The notes beneath the pieces were generated by a model. That model was not told the origin of the DNA, searched no databases, and was given only the letters and a program-made list of their open reading frames with translations. Shown in pieces: positions 25,667-27,907 of a stretch of 27,907 bases of DNA. Position numbers and translations under genes: made by a program. Source of the stretch: Bacteroidales bacterium (GTDB lineage: Bacteria > Bacteroidota > Bacteroidia > Bacteroidales > VadinHA17); assembly GCA_031285575.1 (NCBI GenBank), contig JAITVX010000160.1, positions 1-27,907 of the forward strand. The letters are read 5' to 3'. The first letter of the stretch is position 1. Each line of letters opens with the position of its first letter.

Positions 25667-27133
25667 ATGTATAATACATTTTTTAAAAACCTGTTCAGGA
25701 AAAAAGATATTACCGCCATATTGCACGAAGCTGAAACAACCAACGGCGGGCTGCGGCGAACATTGACGGCCTCCGGTCTGGTGGCGCTGGGAATTGGCGC
25801 CATTATAGGTACCGGTATTTTTGTAATAACAGGGCAGGCTGCCGCACAATATGCCGGGCCGGCTCTGACTGTTTCCTTTGTCATTTCGGCAGTAGGATGT
25901 GTTTTTGCAGCCCTGTGCTATGCCGAGTTTGCCGCCATGATTCCTGTTGCCGGCAGCGTATATTCATACAGTTATGCAACAATGGGCGAGTTCCTTGCAT
26001 GGTTCATAGGCTGGGATTTAATTCTGGAATACCTGTTTGCATGTTCCACCGTTGCCGTCGGATGGTCGGGCTACATGCAGAGCCTGCTGCACGAATGGGG
26101 CATCGACTTGCCGTATAACCTGGCGCGGCCTGCGCTGGAACATGCCAACGGAACATGGGCGCTTACGGGCAGCATTGTCAATTTTCCGGCCGTGTGCATT
26201 GTTGCCATTATCACGGCTCTGCTGCTGTGCGGCATAAGGCAGTCGGCATGGGTAAACAGCGTTATTGTTATTATTAAGATTTCCGTAATACTGCTGTTTG
26301 TCGGTTTCGGACTGTCGTATATCGACACGTCAAACTGGGTACCGTATATCCCTGAAAACACCGGCGAGTTCGGTCATTTCGGATGGAGCGGCATTATGCG
26401 CGGTGCGGCTGTGGTATTCTTTGCCTATCTCGGCTTCGATGCGCTTTCCACAACGGCACAGGAAACGCGGAATCCGCAACGCGACATGCCCAGAGGCATC
26501 CTGATTTCGCTTATCGTCTGTGCGCTGCTCTACGTGGCAGTTACCGCCGTGCTTACCGGCATGGTAAAATACGACAGGCTGAATGTTGACGCCCCGATTG
26601 CCCTGGCCATCGACAATGCCGGAGCCGGCCTTGCATGGATGAGCCCGTTTATAAAACTGGGAGCCATTGCCGGCATCAGCTCTGTTATTCTGGTGATGAT
26701 GATGGGGCAATCGCGTATATATTACGCCGTTTCCAAAGACGGACTGCTTCCCCGGCTCTTTTCCGAAGTAAGCGCCAAACACGGCGTACCTCACAACGCC
26801 ACCGTTTTTGCAGGTATTGCCACCGGCGTCATTGCAGGCGTTTTTCCTTTGAGCGTACTTAGCGAGCTGGTGTCGATCGGAACGCTGCTGGCGTTTGCAA
26901 TTGTATGCATATCGGTAATGGTGCTGCGCAAAACGCATCCGGAACTGAAGCGTCCGTTCCGGGTTCCTTTTGTATGGGTTATTCCTTCGCTTGGCGCTTT
27001 TTTCTGCCTGCTTCAAATGGTGTCGCTTCCGTGGGCAACATGGCTACGCCTCATACTGTGGACGCTGGCCGGGATTGTTATTTATTTTGCTTACGGCAGA
27101 AGAAACAGTTATTTGGGAAGAAAAAAACAATAA
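25667..27133 (+). CDS. APC-family amino acid permease (cationic amino acid transporter-like)
   Basis: GIGAIIGTGIFV, YAGPA, LCYAEFAAMIPVAGSVYSY, FFAYLGFDA, ETRNPQRDMP, LSELVSIGTLLAF. Confidence 0.93.
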   Translation: MYNTFFKNLFRKKDITAILHEAETTNGGLRRTLTASGLVALGIGAIIGTGIFVITGQAAAQYAGPALTVSFVISAVGCVFAALCYAEFAAMIPVAGSVYSYSYATMGEFLAWFIGWDLILEYLFACSTVAVGWSGYMQSLLHEWGIDLPYNLARPALEHANGTWALTGSIVNFPAVCIVAIITALLLCGIRQSAWVNSVIVIIKISVILLFVGFGLSYIDTSNWVPYIPENTGEFGHFGWSGIMRGAAVVFFAYLGFDALSTTAQETRNPQRDMPRGILISLIVCALLYVAVTAVLTGMVKYDRLNVDAPIALAIDNAGAGLAWMSPFIKLGAIAGISSVILVMMMGQSRIYYAVSKDGLLPRLFSEVSAKHGVPHNATVFAGIATGVIAGVFPLSVLSELVSIGTLLAFAIVCISVMVLRKTHPELKRPFRVPFVWVIPSLGAFFCLLQMVSLPWATWLRLILWTLAGIVIYFAYGRRNSYLGRKKQ

Positions 27134-27219
27134 GCAACACAAAGTAAAAATACGGTGCCGGCTTTTGGGGTAGTGTTCATTTGACGGTGTTCTTTTATTG
27201 TTTCATTTTCAATGCTGCC

Positions 27220-27907
27220 CTAATCACAGCTTTTCACATCGGATGTTCGTAGCGTTTTGTTGATAAAATAAACTGTTCCAAGCGCCAGCATTATAATTCC
27301 CGTTCCGATAAGGATGTAATTTATATTGACAACATCGCCAAGCGGGCCGAAAAACAGCATCCCAAATGGCATGGCAAGGCTGCCGGTCATGGTAAAGACT
27401 GACAGGATTCGCCCCAGGTAGTCGGGCGCCACTTTCTCCTGTATCAGCGTCATGTTAGGGGCGTTGTAGTATGGCATCATTATTCCGCAAATGCCCATAC
27501 AGGCAAGGTACGGAATGAAATCAGTAAATAATCCGAGTAAAACGGTCATCGCTCCGAATACAACGGAACTTATCCCGATGGAGTATATTTTGTTGCGAAA
27601 ACTCCATACGCCGACAAGTATCCCGCCAAGCATCATGCCGCCGGCAAACGCAATTTCAATTGCCGACAGCCGCCACACATCTGTTCCGAAGTTACGTGTT
27701 ACCTGAAGGGGTGTCAGTACCGATACGGGTGTCATCGCAATCATGTAAAGGGTGGACAGGATGATAAGCAGCAACAGATATTTTTGTGTATGTATATACT
27801 TTAATCCGTCCACCAGTTCCCCGAAGTGCGAAACTTTTTTTCCGTTTTCCGGTTTGTTTTCCGTATGCGGAACTTTAACGAAGAGGTAAAGGATTCCGAC
27901 GGCAAAT
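27220..27907 (-). CDS. MFS transporter (Mef/DHA3-like), 5' part outside the window
   Basis: The frame stays open to the right edge (FAVGILYLFVKVP...ELVDGLKY); PLQVTRNFG, TLIQEKVAPDYLGRILS. Confidence 0.85.
   Translation of the reverse strand, partial: FAVGILYLFVKVPHTENKPENGKKVSHFGELVDGLKYIHTQKYLLLLIILSTLYMIAMTPVSVLTPLQVTRNFGTDVWRLSAIEIAFAGGMMLGGILVGVWSFRNKIYSIGISSVVFGAMTVLLGLFTDFIPYLACMGICGIMMPYYNAPNMTLIQEKVAPDYLGRILSVFTMTGSLAMPFGMLFFGPLGDVVNINYILIGTGIIMLALGTVYFINKTLRTSDVKSCD

Noticed and set aside
26330-27016. 228-aa antisense ORF, and similar antisense ORFs within fsr, wzx, wzc and the nucleotidyltransferase
   Set aside because: They lie wholly opposite well-supported genes with GC-rich codons that suppress antisense stops; no recognisable domains.

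Overview
Bacteroidota (probably Bacteroidales) chromosomal window; the lineage is inferred from TAnnTTTG promoters, a Gln-starting signal peptide and the gene families. Left to right: (1) the 5' 3.3 kb of a large secreted PKD/Ig-like repeat surface protein on the minus strand, which runs off the left edge and is missing from the ORF track; (2) an Rpn/PD-(D/E)XK nuclease; (3) a complete minus-strand Wzx/Wzy-type surface-polysaccharide locus (about 4.4-22.7 kb: wza, wzc, wzx, GT4, wzy, AsnB-like, ATP-grasp, CapK/PaaK-like ligase, GT4, GNAT, DUF354, wecB, deacetylase-like); (4) a divergent nucleotidyltransferase, an Fsr-like MFS, an amino-acid permease and a truncated MFS. The most unusual part is a 1.6-kb insert that splits the polysaccharide operon. 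It holds a DUF6261-like gene preceded by a non-coding array of about 8 palindromes at about 41-bp spacing, and is bracketed by CGTC-type REP/MITE elements. One of these MITEs has a twin 8.8 kb away whose flanks are inverted while its central loop is not. All family calls come from motif recognition by eye; no database search was run.
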